Positions 29,674 through 39,264 of a stretch of DNA of 64,000 nucleotides are shown piece after piece (the first letter of the stretch is position 1; each line of letters starts with the position of its first letter). A program made the position numbers and the translations under genes. The notes under the pieces are model-generated. The model had not been told where the DNA came from and ran no database searches. It worked only from the letters and a program-made list of their open reading frames with translations. The stretch lies in contig CAWIBO010000001.1 of assembly GCA_963834385.1 (NCBI GenBank), forward strand, positions 32,001 to 96,000. Direction: 5' to 3'. The DNA comes from an uncultured Verrucomicrobiae bacterium (GTDB lineage Bacteria; Verrucomicrobiota; Verrucomicrobiia; Chthoniobacterales; UBA10450).

Positions 29674-30147
29674 TCAGAACCGGGCCAGGGTGACCGTGGC
29701 CGGCTCGACAAACTCGGCGCTGCGCACCGTCAGCGGCTTCTTCAGCACCCGGGAAAGGCCATCGGCCAGCACGGTGGCGATCGCCTTGGGATCCTTGGTG
29801 TAAACCGGGATGGGGAAACCGCCGCCCTCGCGATCGTAGCCATAGATCACCCCGTTGGTTTCCCAGACGCAATAGGCATGGCCCGCGCTCAGGTCGTTGT
29901 AGCGCACCAGCATCACCTTGGCCCAAAAGTTCTTCTCGAGATCATGCTTTGCCTGGACGGTGGCGAGATAATTCACCGCCGAGATGACGCACCCGTTCAG
30001 GACCACGAGATCATCCTCGTCCGGCTGCAGGACCACGCGCTGGCTGGTGTTGCAGGCGGCGAAGACGTAAACCACCGCCGCGAGGGCGAGATGAGTGAAC
30101 AGCCAGGTAAAACGCTGGAGCTGCCTTGGGAGAAAGGACAAACGCAT
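29674..30147 (-). CDS. Lipoprotein with possible papain/transglutaminase-like Cys-His-Asp triad
   Basis: Lipobox-like VFAAC; LNGCVISA … GHAYCVWETNGVIYGYD. Confidence 0.6.
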   Translation of the reverse strand: MRLSFLPRQLQRFTWLFTHLALAAVVYVFAACNTSQRVVLQPDEDDLVVLNGCVISAVNYLATVQAKHDLEKNFWAKVMLVRYNDLSAGHAYCVWETNGVIYGYDREGGGFPIPVYTKDPKAIATVLADGLSRVLKKPLTVRSAEFVEPATVTLARF

Positions 30148-30565
30148 AGGGGGATTTAGGATGCGGGGGGAAGAGGACTATGGTTTTTATAGACCACGCG
30201 CCGTCTCATGGGAAGGGAATTCACGCACCCCGACCCGGATTCGAATACTTCCGTGTCCCCTACTCCGGTTTGGTCGCGCCCCGCAGAATCGGGGCGAAGG
30301 GACTCTTTTTGATTCCGCCCGGCCATTCTCTGGCGCCATCCCTGGACTCGGATCGATCCCCTTCCGCAGCCACCGGAGCTTAGGATCCGGACCGGACCAA
30401 AATCCTTCCGAGTGCAAGTGGCTGACGAAGAGGTGATTGGATCGCGTTCCGAAATTTCGAAACGGACCTCGACCTCCACGGCACGCAAGGTGTTAACTCT
30501 GCAGCGTCACAAATCAGGTCAGAATCACGTCCGCACGGAAGAACTGGCCACCGCAGGCAACCATT

Positions 30566-30727
30566 ATGGAACAAACCACCAACACCAAAAAAGCAACCGA
30601 CCTGAAGATTCGCGATCTGACCCCGATCAAGGATGCCAAGGGCGGCGTCGTCAATAGTTCCAGCACGTTTGGCGGCGGCAGCAGCCTGAAGAAGACCGCA
30701 AACAAAACCCCGAATCCGGGTGGCTGA
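30566..30727 (+). CDS. 53-aa peptide with double-glycine-type leader (below the ORF-track cut-off)
   Basis: My translation: MEQTTNTKKATDLKIRDLTPIKDAKGG-VVNSSSTFGGGSSLKKTANKTPNPGG*; mostly G/C third positions. Confidence 0.7.
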   Translation: MEQTTNTKKATDLKIRDLTPIKDAKGGVVNSSSTFGGGSSLKKTANKTPNPGG

Positions 30728-30796
30728 CCGCCGGGCGGCCACAGCGCTTCGCTGGGAAAGCCGCGCATAACTCCGCACCTGACCCTGTCCCGGCTT

Positions 30797-30962
30797 CGCT
30801 CTGATCTCCTGGCCTGCCCGGGCGTAGTCCGCCCGCTCAATAAAGGATTGGTCCGGCTTCCTCGCATCAAGGTTGGTCCGGCTTCGCTCTGAACTCTGCG
30901 CTCTGATCTCCTGGCCTGCCCGGGCGTAGTCCGCCCGCTCAATAAAGGATTGGTCCGGCTTC
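30797..30962. repeat. Two identical 64-bp direct repeats (30797-30860, 30899-30962) separated by a degenerate partial copy
   Basis: CGCTCTGATCTCCTGGCCTGCCCGGGCGTAGTCCGCCCGCTCAATAAAGGATTGGTCCGGCTTC occurs twice. Confidence 0.9.
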
Positions 30963-30981
30963 GCCAAGGCTACGCCGGGAC

Positions 30982-31016
30982 AGGCTTCGTCCTCCGCAGC
31001 GCTGCGGACGAAGCCT
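30982..31016. repeat. Palindromic REP-like hairpin abutting the tmRNA 3' end
   Basis: AGGCTTCGTCC…GGACGAAGCCT with inner TCCGCAGCGCTGCGGA. Confidence 0.65.
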
Positions 31017-31369
31017 GGAGGCGAGGGGAGTTGAACCCCTGTCCTCGTCGCGTTCCACGCGAGCATCTACATGTTTAGCCGGTGCTTGATTTAGGGAACC
31101 GACGTTGCGCCGGCACACTGCCTGTTCCCGAGCATCCACGAATTTCCTTCACCCTTGGGCGCGGTCGCTCCGCCCTCCGGCTAGCCTGCTGTCCTCGTTT
31201 GGCGCCGTAGCAGGCGTCCAGCTCCAAACGTCACGGTCAATTAAGCCGCGAGAGCGAGATCTTGGTGATCTGCGTTTATTTGTTTTGGTCCGGTTTTTTG
31301 CGAGGCCAACGAACCATCCTCGACATGCCGCCTGCGCTTCCAACGATGAGTCGAAGCCAGTACGCCCCC
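31016..31369 (-). ncRNA. ssrA: tmRNA; tag reading frame ADHQDLALAA* at 31273-31241
   Basis: 5' GGGGGCGTACTGGCTTCGAC; 3' AGGGGTTCAACTCCCCTCGCCTCCA; acceptor stem with G3-U wobble; AAATAAAC-GCA resume context; tag ends LALAA; 354 nt. Confidence 0.96.
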
Positions 31370-31503
31370 GTTTTTTGAGAGGCCATTAGTATGCCCGGTT
31401 TGCCGCGGATTTCAAGGGCCGGCCCGCCTCCCCCACCCGCCCCGCGGCCTTGTGGAATTCTCCCTTCCCCGGCAAATTTTGCGTAAGGTGCCATTTGCCG
31501 AGC

Positions 31504-32533
31504 ATGACCGTCGACCCGCCTTCCTCTCCCAGCCTCGCTTTTGACCAGCGCGCCTGTTTCGTCGCCGGCCAGGCCAAATCCGGGACCACCCTGCTCGTGG
31601 CCCTGCTCGATGGACACCCGGAATTGCTTTCGCTCCCGGAAGAGACCGCCTATTTCCCGACTGTTCTGACCAAGTTCGGGCAGCGCTCCCGGCGCGAGCA
31701 GTTCGATTACCTGGTGGAGCAATCGCTTTCCAACGTCCTCTTTGGCGGGACCTGCAAATGGGGCCGGCGCGATTATTCCTGGTTCCCCACGCGGCAGTTC
31801 CGGGAAACCTTCGAGCGCCGCGCCTTCGATCCCGCCAACGTGCAACGCGACCTGCTGGTCCTGATGGTGGAAGCCTATGCCGAAACCATCGGGCGCGACC
31901 CGGCTGGCGTGACCCGATGGGTGGAAAAGACACCGGCGAACCGGAATCATCTGCCGGCCATCCTGGCCCGGTTCCCGCAGGCGAAAATTCTGATGACCAT
32001 GCGCGATCCGCGCGCCATTCTTTCGGCCCAGATTGCGCTCGAGAAAACGCGCCGGCTGGGAACGTTCTCCACCTATTACGTCATCAGCCACTGGCGGGCC
32101 GCGGCCCGCAACGCCCTCCGCGCGTTCAAAGGGGAACTGCCCTCGGCGACGGTAGTCTTCTACGAGAAACTGGTGCGGGAAACGGCGACGGTGATGGAGG
32201 AGGTCTGCCGGTTCCTGGGCGTCTCCCATCGCCCGGAGATCGTGCTGAAACCGACCAAGGCCGGGCGGCACTGGGCCGGCAATTCCGCGGCGGAAACGGA
32301 ATTCACCGCCATCGATCCTGCGCCGCTGACCCGCTGGGAGACGGACCTTTCCCTGGATGAAATCGGGTGGGTGGAATGGCATTGCCGCGACCTGATGCCG
32401 GCACTGGGTTACACGCCGCGGCTGGCGCGGCGCGAGCTGCGGCATTTTTCCAGGCCGGTGCGCGGGGAGACACCGCGCGAGTACCCTCAAATCGCGGGTC
32501 TACTCAGTGCGCGACGCGCTCACCTCGCGTTAA
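31504..32533 (+). CDS. Sulfotransferase (PAPS-dependent); +1 frameshift at ~32486
   Basis: FVAGQAKSGTTLL (5'-PSB), WVEKTP, RDPRAILSAQ (3'-PB), FYEKLV; removing one C gives …EYLKSRVYSVRDALTSR*. Confidence 0.85.
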
Positions 32534-32537
32534 CGAA

Positions 32538-33351
32538 ATGTGGCGGCGAAATTTCAGCAGCCGGGCCCGCGAACTTTCCGGGGGGACGCGCTCGTGATCT
32601 CCATTCCCAAGAGCGGGCGCACCTGGGTGCGCACCTTTCTCTCCGCCTATTTCTGCGAGAAAGCCGGGCGCGAGTTCCAGCTCGATCCCTGGCAGGACGG
32701 GAGCGGTCTTCGCCCCCGCATAGTCTTCACCCACGACCTTTTCGAGCACCGGACCAAGGGCGACCGCTGGGACCGGGTCCGGGGCAAGTACCTCGTCCCG
32801 GCGGCGGAATTGCGCCGGGCGCGAGTGATCCTGCTCGCGCGCGATCCGCGCGACGCCTTCGTCTCCCATTTCGTGCAACTGGTGCATCGCTCGAGCGACA
32901 CGCCGCCCGAGCTGAAAACAACCAGCGCTTCCGCCCTCCTGCGGCACCCCGCCCACGGCATCGTTTCCATTATCCGGATCATGAACGGCTGGTTGAAGGA
33001 GCTGCCTCCGACCACGGGCCACTTTGACCTCGTGCGCTACGAGGATCTGCGGGCTGATCCGCCGGCCCATTTTACGGACTTGCTCCGGGCCCTGGGCGAG
33101 AATGAACCCGCAACCGCCCCTTTTGCCCACGCGCTGGCTTTTTCTGATTTCGAGAACATGAAGCGACTCGAGGCGGGCGGAAAGTTTGACTCGAAAGATC
33201 CTGACCCCGGCCAACCAGGCCGATCCCGAATCGTTCAAGGTGCGGCGAGGCAAAGTGGGAGGGTTCGCGGAGTATCTGACGGAGGAGGATCGTCACTTCG
33301 CCGCGGGCGCGATGGCACGAACTGGATCCCCGCTTCGGCTACGCGCCCTGA
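32538..33351 (+). CDS. Sulfotransferase domain protein; frameshifts at ~32583, ~33196 and ~33320
   Basis: ISIPKSGRTW, RDPRDAFVSHF, RYEDL, FENMK, then KVRRGKVGGF and LDPRFGY in successive +1 frames. Confidence 0.82.
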
Positions 33352-33455
33352 GCACGATCTTTTTTTTCGCGAAGCTCGAGGAACGTTTGCCTCGCCTTGC
33401 GAGGCGTCCATATTCAGCGCAAAGGCGCCCTGCTGCCCCCCGCGGCTTCTTCAAC

Positions 33456-35099
33456 ATGCGTGATCAACCTGCGGAATCATCAGTCACTCCTCCGGCGCAA
33501 CTCGAGGGATTGCACCGCGCCATTCTCGAGTCGGCCCTCGATTGCATTATCACGATGGACGCGCAGGGCATTGTGCGCGAGTTCAACCCGGCCGCGGAAA
33601 CGGTGTTCGGTTATCGCCGCGAGGAGGCGGTGGGCCGGGAACTGGCCGAGCTGATCGTCCCGGAGTCGCTCCGCGAGCGGCATCGCCAGGGCCTGGCCCA
33701 TTATCTGAAGACGGGAGAAGGCCCGGTCCTGGGTCGCCGGATCGAGATCACCGCCATTCGTTCCGACGGCACCGAGATCCTGGTGGAACTGGCGATCACG
33801 GCGGTGCGGCTGGAGAACACACCTATTTTCACCGCCTACCTGCGCGAAATCACGGAAAAGGTGCGGGCGGAACGGCGCCGCACCGCGCTCTACCACATCG
33901 CGGGCCTGCTGGCCGGCTCGTGGTCCCTCGGCGAAGCGGCTTCTCGGATCATCCAGACGATCGCGGCCAGCGGGCAATGGGTCTTCGGCTCCATCTGGGC
34001 CCGCGACGATGAAGGCGGGCACCGTTGTGCCGGGACGTGGCACGCCGGGGATGAGGCGCTGGAGAAATTTGCCGAGGTCACGGGCCGCATGCCGCTGGGC
34101 ATCGGACAGGGGGTGCCGGGGCGGGTGATGCGAACGGCGGAGCATCTTTGGCTGGCTGACGTCACCCAGAACGAAACGTTTGTTCGCGCAACGGAGGCTC
34201 GCACCGCCGGTTTGCGCAGCATCTTCGCCTTTCCCCTTTGCGCCAACGGTCAGCCGAATGGCGCCCTCGAGCTGCTGAGCCGCTCGGTCGAATCTCCCGA
34301 CGAAGACCTGCTGCAGATGGTGGAGGCGCTCGGCACCCAGATTGGGCTTTTTATCCATCGCCGCCGAATCGAGAAGGAATTGCAGACGCAGAAGGAGAAG
34401 GCGGAGGCGGCCAATGCGGCCAAGGACAACTTCCTCGCCACGCTCAGCCATGAGCTGCGCACCCCGCTCACCCCCGTGCTGATCTGGGCGGGCGGAATGG
34501 CGCGCCAGGAGGATCTGGCGCCCGAGGTGGCCGAGGGCCTGCGCATGATCTGCCGCAACGTCGAGCTGGAGGCGCGCCTGATTGATGATCTGCTCGACCT
34601 CACCCGGATCACCCGCGGAAAACTCCGGCTGCATCTGCAGGAATCCGACCTGCACGAGGTCATTCGCCATGCCCACGAAATCGTGACGAGCGAACTGGCA
34701 AACGGCGAAATCGAAATTTCACTCGACCTCGAGGCGGCCCGCCACCGCCTGCCGGTCGACGCGACCCGGCTGCAACAGGTCTTTTGGAACATTCTCAAAA
34801 ACGCCTGCAAGTTCACGGATGCCGGCGGCGATGTCGCGGTCCGATCGTGGAACCCCGATGCCCGGACCGTGCGCTTTGAGATCAGCGACAGCGGCGTCGG
34901 GATCGAGCCGCAGCATCTCGGCAAGATCTTCGACGCTTTCGAGCAGGGAGCGGCGCGCCGGGAAGGACTTGGCCTGGGGCTGGCGATCAGCAAAGCCGTG
35001 GTGGAGATGCACGGGGGAAGGATTGCCGCCCACAGCGAAGGCCTCGGGCGGGGGGCCACCTTCATAATCGATCTCCCCATTCCTCCGGCGACGGCTTAA
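33456..35099 (+). CDS. PAS-GAF sensor histidine kinase
   Basis: PAS (FNPAAETVFGY), GAF, LSHELRTPL, NILKNACKF, DSGVGI, GLGLGL. Confidence 0.93.
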   Translation: MRDQPAESSVTPPAQLEGLHRAILESALDCIITMDAQGIVREFNPAAETVFGYRREEAVGRELAELIVPESLRERHRQGLAHYLKTGEGPVLGRRIEITAIRSDGTEILVELAITAVRLENTPIFTAYLREITEKVRAERRRTALYHIAGLLAGSWSLGEAASRIIQTIAASGQWVFGSIWARDDEGGHRCAGTWHAGDEALEKFAEVTGRMPLGIGQGVPGRVMRTAEHLWLADVTQNETFVRATEARTAGLRSIFAFPLCANGQPNGALELLSRSVESPDEDLLQMVEALGTQIGLFIHRRRIEKELQTQKEKAEAANAAKDNFLATLSHELRTPLTPVLIWAGGMARQEDLAPEVAEGLRMICRNVELEARLIDDLLDLTRITRGKLRLHLQESDLHEVIRHAHEIVTSELANGEIEISLDLEAARHRLPVDATRLQQVFWNILKNACKFTDAGGDVAVRSWNPDARTVRFEISDSGVGIEPQHLGKIFDAFEQGAARREGLGLGLAISKAVVEMHGGRIAAHSEGLGRGATFIIDLPIPPATA

Positions 35100-35128
35100 G
35101 CTCGGCCGCCCGTTCCTCCGCTTCTCCC

Positions 35129-36100
35129 ATGCGCCGTTTCATCTCGTGGCTGGTCAGCCTCTCGCTCCTGCTTGCGGTCCATGTCGCCAGCGGGAACGAA
35201 CCGCGGGTAAAGGTGCGTTTCGGTCATTTTCCGAACCTGACCCACGCGCAGGGGGTAATTGCCCATGGCCTGGCGCGGGCAGGGCGCGGCTGGTTCGAGG
35301 AACGCCTGGGGCCGGAGGTCGAGGTGCTTTGGTTCACCTACAACGCCGGGCCTTCCGCGGTGGAAGCCATCTTCGCGGGCTCATTGGATGTCAGTTATAT
35401 CGGGCCGAGCCCGACCCTGAACGCCCACTTTCGATCCTACGGTGAAGAAATGCGGGTGATCGGAGGCGCCATCAACGGCGGAGCCGCGCTGCTCCTGCGC
35501 GCCGGCAGCCCGGTGCAACGGCCCTCCGATTTTCGTGGAAAGCGGATCGTCACACCGCAGCTCGGGAACTCGCAGGACGTTTCCGCCCGCGCCTGGCTGC
35601 GCGCGCATGGCCTGAAGGTCACCCTCACCGGAGGCGATACCCTCGTCGTGCCGACGGCAAACCCCGACCAGCTGGGCCTGATGAAACAGGGCAAGGTGGA
35701 AGGCGCATGGACGGTCGAGCCCTGGGTGACCCGCCTCGAGCAGGAAGCCGGCGCGCGCGTTTTTTTCGAGGAAACGGATGTGATCACGACCTGGCTGGTG
35801 GCGCGGACCGAGTTTGAACGAAACCATCCCGGCCTGGTGCGACAAATCGCCGAGGCCAATCGCGAGCTGACCCGATGGATCCAGGCCAATGAGACCGAGG
35901 CCCGGCGAATCCTGATCGCGGAATTGAAAGAGGAAACGCGCACGGATTTTTCGCCCGAACTCATCGCGCAGGCCTGGCGTCGCCTCCGCTTCACCGAGGA
36001 GGTCTCGGCGGAGCTGCTGGAGAAGTCGGTGCGCGACGCCAACGCGGTCGGACTCGTTCGCGGCCAGACCGACACCTCCCGATTGCTGGTGCGGCCATGA
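35129..36100 (+). CDS. ABC substrate-binding protein, sulfonate/nitrate (SsuA/NrtA-like)
   Basis: Signal peptide, GHFPNLTHA, YIGPSP, PQLGNSQDV, VEPW. Confidence 0.85.
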   Translation: MRRFISWLVSLSLLLAVHVASGNEPRVKVRFGHFPNLTHAQGVIAHGLARAGRGWFEERLGPEVEVLWFTYNAGPSAVEAIFAGSLDVSYIGPSPTLNAHFRSYGEEMRVIGGAINGGAALLLRAGSPVQRPSDFRGKRIVTPQLGNSQDVSARAWLRAHGLKVTLTGGDTLVVPTANPDQLGLMKQGKVEGAWTVEPWVTRLEQEAGARVFFEETDVITTWLVARTEFERNHPGLVRQIAEANRELTRWIQANETEARRILIAELKEETRTDFSPELIAQAWRRLRFTEEVSAELLEKSVRDANAVGLVRGQTDTSRLLVRP

Positions 36101-36927
36101 AATTCCGCGCGAAGACACCGCCGGTGAGCGTGAGCGACGAGCTCGAGGTCATTCCGCCCTCCAAGCTCGCGATCGAGAACGTCTCCAAAAGTTTTCATGC
36201 CTCCAGCGGCCGCGTGCAGGCGCTGGACCGCGTCAGTCTCCAGGTGGCCGAGGGCGAGTTCCTCTGCCTGGTCGGGGCCAGCGGCTGCGGGAAATCGACC
36301 CTGCTGAACATCATTGCCGGCCTGGAAAAGCCGGACACCGGCTCGGTCCAGGCCGACGGCAAACCGATCACGACGCCGGGCCGTGACCGCATGGTGATGT
36401 TCCAGGAATCCGCGCTCTTTCCCTGGCTCGATGTTTTCGGCAACGTCATGTTCGGGCTGCGGCTGAAGCCGGGCCTGAGCAATCGCGACCGGGCGGATGT
36501 GGCCCGCTATTACCTTGAACTGGTGGGGCTGACCCGTTTCGAGCATGCGAACATCCACGAGCTCTCCGGCGGGATGAAACAGCGCGTGGCCCTCGCCCGG
36601 GCCCTCGCGCCGAACCCGCGCGTGCTCCTGATGGACGAGCCGTTTGCCGCGCTCGATGCGCTCACCCGCGAGCAGCTTTACGGCGACATCCAGCGCATCT
36701 GGAAAGCGCGCCGGAAGACCATCGTCTTCGTGACCCACAACGTGCGTGAAGCCGCCTGCCTCGGTGATCGCGTTCTTCTTTTCTCGCCGCATCCCGGGCG
36801 GGTCCATGCCGAGTTCAAGATCGAGCTGCCGCGCCCGCGCGACATCAACAGCGTCGATCTCGCGGCCTACGCCACCCGGATCACCACCGCCTTGAAACAG
36901 GTGACGAGGGAGGAACATGCGCTCTAG
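36097..36927 (+). CDS. ABC ATP-binding protein (SsuB/TauB/NrtD-like)
   Basis: GASGCGKST, LSGGMKQR, LLMDEPFAALD, FVTH. Confidence 0.93.
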   Translation: MKFRAKTPPVSVSDELEVIPPSKLAIENVSKSFHASSGRVQALDRVSLQVAEGEFLCLVGASGCGKSTLLNIIAGLEKPDTGSVQADGKPITTPGRDRMVMFQESALFPWLDVFGNVMFGLRLKPGLSNRDRADVARYYLELVGLTRFEHANIHELSGGMKQRVALARALAPNPRVLLMDEPFAALDALTREQLYGDIQRIWKARRKTIVFVTHNVREAACLGDRVLLFSPHPGRVHAEFKIELPRPRDINSVDLAAYATRITTALKQVTREEHAL

Positions 36928-37693
36928 CCTGCTCCGGCCGCTGGCCGCGTTTCTTTTCTTCGGCGCCCTGCTCGTCGCCTGGGAACTGGCCTTCCGTGCC
37001 CGCCTTTGGTCGCCCATCCTGCTCCCTTCGCCTTTCCAGGTGGGCGAATATCTCCGCAGCGCCGCCGCCGACGGCACGCTCTGGGGCGCCATGCTGGTGA
37101 CGTTGCGCCGCCTGTTCGTCGGTTACCTCTGCGGCATCGTCGTTGGTTTGCCGCTCGGTCTTCTCACCTCACGCTGGAACATCCTGCACGACACCATCGG
37201 CACCCTGGCCCTTGGCTTGCAAACTCTCCCGAGCGTCTGCTGGGTTCCACTCGCCCTTCTCTGGTTCGGGCAAACGGAAGCCGCCATGCTTTTCGTCGTG
37301 GTCATGGGCACGGTCTGGTCGGTCGTGATCGCGGTCGACACCGGCGTGCGCAATGTCCCGCCCATTTACCGGCGGGCGGCCCTCACCATGGGCTCGCGCA
37401 ATCTTCACATCTGGCTGCGCGTCATTCTCCCGGCTTCGCTCCCCTTCGTCGTCAGCGGGATGAAGCAGGGCTGGGCCTTCGCCTGGCGCTCGCTCATGGC
37501 CGCGGAAATTTTTGTCACCATCCTGACCGGGTTCGGCCTCGGGCAGCTTCTGCATTACGGGCGCGAACTGAGCGCGATGGACCAGGTCATCGCCATCATG
37601 GTGGTGATCGTGGTCATCGGCCTGCTCGTGGACAAGATCGCCTTCTCGCCGTTCGAGCGTTTCCTGCACCGCCGCTGGGGCCTGACCCGGTAA
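36917..37693 (+). CDS. ABC permease (SsuC/TauC-like)
   Basis: LPSP, TM helices, AALTMG..VILPASLP, AWRSLMAAE. Confidence 0.9.
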   Translation: MRSSLLRPLAAFLFFGALLVAWELAFRARLWSPILLPSPFQVGEYLRSAAADGTLWGAMLVTLRRLFVGYLCGIVVGLPLGLLTSRWNILHDTIGTLALGLQTLPSVCWVPLALLWFGQTEAAMLFVVVMGTVWSVVIAVDTGVRNVPPIYRRAALTMGSRNLHIWLRVILPASLPFVVSGMKQGWAFAWRSLMAAEIFVTILTGFGLGQLLHYGRELSAMDQVIAIMVVIVVIGLLVDKIAFSPFERFLHRRWGLTR

Positions 37694-37780
37694 GGCCATT
37701 CTCCCGGCACTTTCGTCCCAAGGGAAGAGCCGCACTGCGCACACGGCGCAGGCGGCTCCAATAATCTCTCCGTTACCTGG

Positions 37781-38113
37781 TTAGTTGGTCAGACTCTCCA
37801 CGCACTTCCAGCAGGTGACGTCAGACTCGAACGACCCCGGGCATTTCACCATGACGCAATCGGTGCCCAGCGCGGCGGTCTCGCCGGCACTGAACCGTTT
37901 CACTTCCTTGCCCTTGGCGTCGAGGACCACAAACGTCCGGCCGGCCGGCACGACCTTGGCCGCGGCTTTCACCTTGGTGGCGGACGTTTTCTTGGCGGCG
38001 GCCTTGGCAGAGGTGGTTTGCGCGGCTTCCGTTTTGACCGTCTCCTCCGAGATGGCCATTTGCAGGCAGACGAGCGACGCGGTGCACAGGCTGATGACGA
38101 TGAGTTTCTTCAT
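37781..38113 (-). CDS. Small secreted protein with C-terminal four-Cys motif
   Basis: SD (AAAGGA) before ATG, signal peptide, Ala/Lys/Thr-rich linker, CVMVKCP…TCWKC. Confidence 0.75.
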   Translation of the reverse strand: MKKLIVISLCTASLVCLQMAISEETVKTEAAQTTSAKAAAKKTSATKVKAAAKVVPAGRTFVVLDAKGKEVKRFSAGETAALGTDCVMVKCPGSFESDVTCWKCVESLTN

Positions 38114-38275
38114 TTTGTTCCTTTCGTTGCGGTGAGGGAAGCGATCGGCCGTTCACCAGCTTCAACAGGAAGGGCCCTGGGCAATCGCTGCGAGTCCCCA
38201 GCCTATCGGCCGGCGGGAGAAGCAACAAGGTCCAAAGAACCCGACGACGGTTACAAAATCCTCAAATCGAGGAAG

Positions 38276-39160
38276 TTATCGCGTGGGTCGCGCCACGAGA
38301 ATGCCGGTGTGCGACCGATATTTGTTCAGGTAGCTCGACAGGCGCGCTTCCACCAGGACCTTCCCGTAATTGCGCGGAGAAGAGGCGTGCATGAAACAAA
38401 GGACGCCTTTCTCGTTGCGATAAGCCAGGCCGACGTGCGAGGTGGCAAAGCGCCGGCCATCCCGTGAAACGATCCCGATGATGTCGCCATTGCGGAGTTT
38501 GGATTCAATCGCGGGCACCTTGTGCTTCGGGATCTGGCGCAGTCCGCGCCGGGTCACCTCTGCCTCCATCCGCGCGAGCGGCCGCAGGAGCGAGCGCTGA
38601 TTCCGCAGATAACGATAGTTTCTCCAGCCCGCGGTCATCTCCCGCGCCGCGTGCGGCACCCGTTTCCCGCCGAGGCGCCCGGTGAGGTCCTCCACCAACC
38701 CGCGCCGGCTGTTGTCGTAGAGCCAGTCTTCCAGATAATGCAGTCGCGAAAGATATTCGCCGTCGCATTTCCCGTCACGATAACGATCCACTTCGATGTA
38801 GTGCAGCATCCGCCCGGGGGTCCAGTTGGACTCGGGTTCATCGAGCATGCGGGCAAAGGCGAGCGCGATCTCAAAGAAGGTCCAGCAATCCATCGCGTTC
38901 ATGTTCACCGAGGGCGCCTCGATGCGGTCATCAATCTCCAGGGTGTAATTCTTGTAGCGGGTGCCGACGAGGGCGCGTCCCACCGCCGCCGTCCGCTCGC
39001 CGATCGGCAACGAGGCCCAGTTTTCCTGTTTTGCCTCCCTGACCAATTTCGCAAAACGGTCCTGGCCCTTGAAAACCGTCGAGAAGGGAAGCTGCGCCGC
39101 GGGCAGGGCGGCGGAAAGAAGAACGAACAGCGTCACGAAGAGGGGGAATATCTTGCGCAT
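38276..39160 (-). CDS. DUF1460 (NlpC/P60-like) N-acetylmuramoyl-L-alanine amidase-like protein
   Basis: Signal peptide; MDCWTFFE, RY..G, SRLHY, GDII, SHVG, HASS. Confidence 0.85.
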   Translation of the reverse strand: MRKIFPLFVTLFVLLSAALPAAQLPFSTVFKGQDRFAKLVREAKQENWASLPIGERTAAVGRALVGTRYKNYTLEIDDRIEAPSVNMNAMDCWTFFEIALAFARMLDEPESNWTPGRMLHYIEVDRYRDGKCDGEYLSRLHYLEDWLYDNSRRGLVEDLTGRLGGKRVPHAAREMTAGWRNYRYLRNQRSLLRPLARMEAEVTRRGLRQIPKHKVPAIESKLRNGDIIGIVSRDGRRFATSHVGLAYRNEKGVLCFMHASSPRNYGKVLVEARLSSYLNKYRSHTGILVARPTR

Positions 39161-39264
39161 CGTCCTTCCATATTCTGCGAACTCCGGGTCTGCAACCCGG
39201 TCAGTCCCGTTTCACGGGTCAAATCCGGATGCGCAGACGCCGCGGCAGCGTAATTTCCCGGCGC

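Noticed and set aside
30225..30380. tRNA-like fragments (GGATTCGAATAC, GGATCGATCCCC)
   Set aside because: I could not build a cloverleaf or acceptor stem
30797..30962. CRISPR array
   Set aside because: Only two units of 64 bp, the spacer is a partial copy of the repeat, and no cas genes are present
30150..31016. Prophage or genomic island integrated at ssrA
   Set aside because: No integrase, phage genes or duplicated ssrA 3' end seen in the window
31450..35099. Apparent sulfotransferase-kinase fusion and extended 525-aa sulfotransferase in the ORF track
   Set aside because: Artefacts of frameshifts; the kinase starts at 33456 and the sulfotransferases end at 32533 and 33351
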